DNA of 64,000 nucleotides from assembly GCF_046119375.1 (NCBI RefSeq), contig NW_027362764.1:25110001-25174000 (forward strand), in the 5' to 3' direction. Below are positions 61,438-64,000 of the stretch, piece after piece. Position numbers and translations under genes: made by a program. This stretch comes from Phyllobates terribilis. Its lineage: Eukaryota. The notes beneath the pieces are model-generated. The model saw nothing but the letters and a program-made list of their open reading frames with translations, made no database searches and was not told the DNA's origin. How positions within the stretch are numbered: position 1 is the stretch's first letter; every line of letters begins with the position of its first letter.

Positions 61438-64000
61438 AGAGCCGGGGGGAGGGGCTCCTGTGTGTGTTTGTGTCAGAGCCGGGGGGAGGGGCTCCTGTGT
61501 GTGTGTGTGTGTCAGAGCCGGGGGGAGGGGTTCCTGTGTGTGTGTCAGAGCCAGGGGGAGGGGCCCCTGTGTGTGTGTGTCAGNNNNNNNNNNNNNNNNN
61601 NNNNNNNNNNNNNNNNNNNNNNNNNNNNNNNNNNNNNNNNNNNNNNNNNNNNNNNNNNNNNNNNNNNNNNNNNNNNNNNNNNNNNNNNNNNNNNNNNNNN
61701 NNNNNNNNNNNNNNNNNNNNNNNNNNNNNNNNNNNNNNTCCTGTGTGTGTGTGTGTCAGAGCCGGGGGGAGGGGCTCCTGTGTGTGTGTGTCAGAGTCGG
61801 GGGGAGGGGCTCCTGTGTGTGTGTCGGAGCCGGGGGGAGGGGCTCCTGTGTGTGTGTCAGAGCCGGGGGGAGGGGCCCCTGTGTGTCAGAGCTAGGGGGA
61901 GGGGCTCCTGTGTGTGTGTGTGTGTGTCAGAGCCGGGGGGAGGGGCTCCTGTGTGTGTGTGTGTGTATCAGAGCCGAGGGAAGGGGCTCCTGTGTGTGTG
62001 TGTGTGTCAGAGCCGGGGGGAGGGGCTCCTGTGTGTGTGTGTGTCAGAGCCGGGGGGAGGGGCCCCTGTGTGTGTGTGTCAGAGCCGGGGGGAGGGGCTC
62101 CTGTGTGTGTGTGTATCAGAGGCGGGGGAAGGGGCTCCTGTGTGTGTGTCAGAGCCGGGAGGAGGGGCTCCTGTGTGTGTGTCAGAGCCGGGGGGAGGGG
62201 CTCCTGTGTGTGTGTGTCAGAGCCGGGGGGAGGGGCTCCTGTGTGTGTGTGTGTCAGAGCTGGGGAGAGGGGATCCTGTGTGTGTGTGTGTCAGAGCCGG
62301 GGGGAGGGGCTCCTGTGTGTGTGTGTCAGAGCTAGGGGGAGGGGCTCCTGTGTGTGTGTGTCAGAGCTAGGGGGAGGGGCTCCTGTGTGTGTGTGTCAGA
62401 GCTGGGGAGAGGGGCTCCTGTGTGTGTGTGTCAGAGCTAGGGGGAGGGGCTCCTATGTGTGTGTGTCAGAGCTGGGGAGAGGGGATCCTGTGTGTGTGTG
62501 TGTGTCAGAGCTGGGGGAGGGGCTCCTGTGTGTGTGTGTGTGTCATAGCTAGGGGGAGGGGCTCCTGTGTGTGTGTGTGTGTCAGAGCCGGGGGGAGGGG
62601 CTCCTGTGTGTGTGTGTGTCAGAGCTGGGGAGAGGGGCTCCTGTGTGTGTGTGTGTGTGTGTGTGTCAGAGCCGGGGGGAGGGGCTCCTGTGTGTGTGTG
62701 TGTCAGAGCTGGGGAGAGGGGATCCTGTGTGTGTGTGTCAGAGCTAGAGGGAGGGGCTCCTGTGTGTGTGTGTCAGAGCTAGGGGGAGGGGCTCCTGTGT
62801 GTGTGTGTCAGAGCTGGGGGGAGGGGCTCCTGTGTGTGTGTGTCAGAGCCGGGGAGAGGGGCTCCTGTGTGTGTGTGTCAGAGCCGGGGAGAGGGGCTCC
62901 TGTGTGTGTGCGTCAGAGCCGGGGGGAGGGGCTCCTGTGTGTGTGTGTCAGAGCCGGGGGGAGGGGTTCCTGTGTGTGTGTGTCAGAGCCGGGGGGAGGG
63001 GCTCCTGTGTGTGTGTGTGTCAGAGCCGGGGGGAGGGGCTCCTGTGTGTGTGTGTGTCAGAGCCGGGGGGAGGGGCTCCTGTGTGTGTCAGAGCCGGGGG
63101 GAGGGGCTCCTGTGTGTGTGTGTCAGAGCCGGGGGGAGGGGCTCCTGTGTGTGTGTCAGAGCCGGGGGGAGGGGCTCCTGTGTGTGTGTGTCAGAGCCGG
63201 GGGGAGGGGCTCCTGTGTGTGTGTGTGTCAGAGCCGGGGGGAGGGGCTCCTGTGTGTGTGTGTGTCAGAGCCGGGGGGAGGGGCTCCTGTGTGTGTGTGT
63301 GTGTGTCAGAGCCGGGGGGAGGGGCTCCTGTGTGTGTGTGTGTCAGAGCCGGGGGGAGGGGCTCCTGTGTGTGTGTGTGTCAGAGCCGGGGGGAGGGGCT
63401 CCTGTGTGTGTGTGTGTGTGTCAGAGCTGGGGGGAGGGGCTCCTGTGTGTGTGTGTCAGAGCCGGGGGGAGGGGCTCCTGTGTGTGTGTGTGTGTGTGTC
63501 AGAGCCGGGGGGGAGGGGCTCCTGTGTGTGTGTGTGTGTCAGAGCCGGGGGGAGGGGCTCCTGTGTGTGTGTGTGTGTCAGAGCCGGGGGGAGGGGCTCC
63601 TGTGTGTGTGTGTGTGTGTGTGTCAGAGCTGGGGGGAGGGGCTCCTGTGTGTGTGTCAGAGCTGGGGGGAGGGGCTCCTGTGTGTGTGTGTGTCAGAGCT
63701 GGGGAGAGGGGATCCTGTGTGTGTGTGTCAGAGCCGGGGGGAGGGGCTCCTGTGTGTGTGTGTGTGTCAGAGCCGGGGGGAGGGGCTCCTGTGTGTGTGT
63801 GTGTCAGAGCCGGGGGGAGGGGCTCCTGTGTGTGTGTGTGTGTGTCAGAGCTGGGGAGAGGGGATCCTGTGTGTGTGTGTCAGAGCCGGGGGGAGGGGCT
63901 CCTGTGTGTGTGTGTCAGAGCCGGGGGGAGGGGCTCCTGTGTGTGTGTCAGAGCTGGGGAGAGGGGATCCTGTGTGTGTGTCAGAGCTGGGGAGAGGGGA
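55878..64000. repeat. Compound minisatellite [cagagccggggggaggggctcct + (GT)n], >8 kb, in a C1orf35 intron, running off the window
   Basis: Constant ~23-bp G-tract core alternating with variable-length (GT)n tracts. Confidence 0.97.
61584..61738. other. Assembly gap (155 N)
   Basis: Run of n within the compound array. Confidence 1.

Noticed and set aside
55891-62782. 2159-aa and 1246-aa CVCV/GGRG ORFs
   Set aside because: Translation of the (GT)n/G-tract array, running through an N gap and antisense to a C1orf35 intron.

Overview
Repeat-saturated vertebrate genomic DNA, probably frog/anuran (inferred from repeat style, not provable here); not prokaryotic. Two convergent host genes are recognisable. 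ARF1 (+) contributes its last two coding exons (8625-8749, 8834-8995) and a ~2 kb 3'UTR ending at AATAAA 10976. C1orf35/MMTAG2 (-) contributes its last four coding exons (55558-55630, 55240-55319, 55007-55126, 50235-50484). Nearly everything else is repeat: about a dozen minisatellite arrays, a 5'-intact CR1 LINE split by nested insertions, six Tc1-superfamily elements, two hAT-type MITEs, a probable solo LTR and a 1052-bp-arm palindrome whose arms each carry a minimal hammerhead-ribozyme motif (Penelope-like). All very long ORFs in the track are translated tandem repeats. Best leads: (i) minisatellites visibly born from short segments of transposons, including a 32-bp unit amplified in both TIRs of one Tc1 and a 31-bp unit spanning another transposase's ATG; (ii) a 45-bp satellite whose AT palindrome was hit by four independent insertions; (iii) the hammerhead palindrome with a shared non-canonical core; (iv) a multi-level palindrome-of-palindromes inside a hAT MITE. 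Human sequence comparisons are from memory and need alignment.
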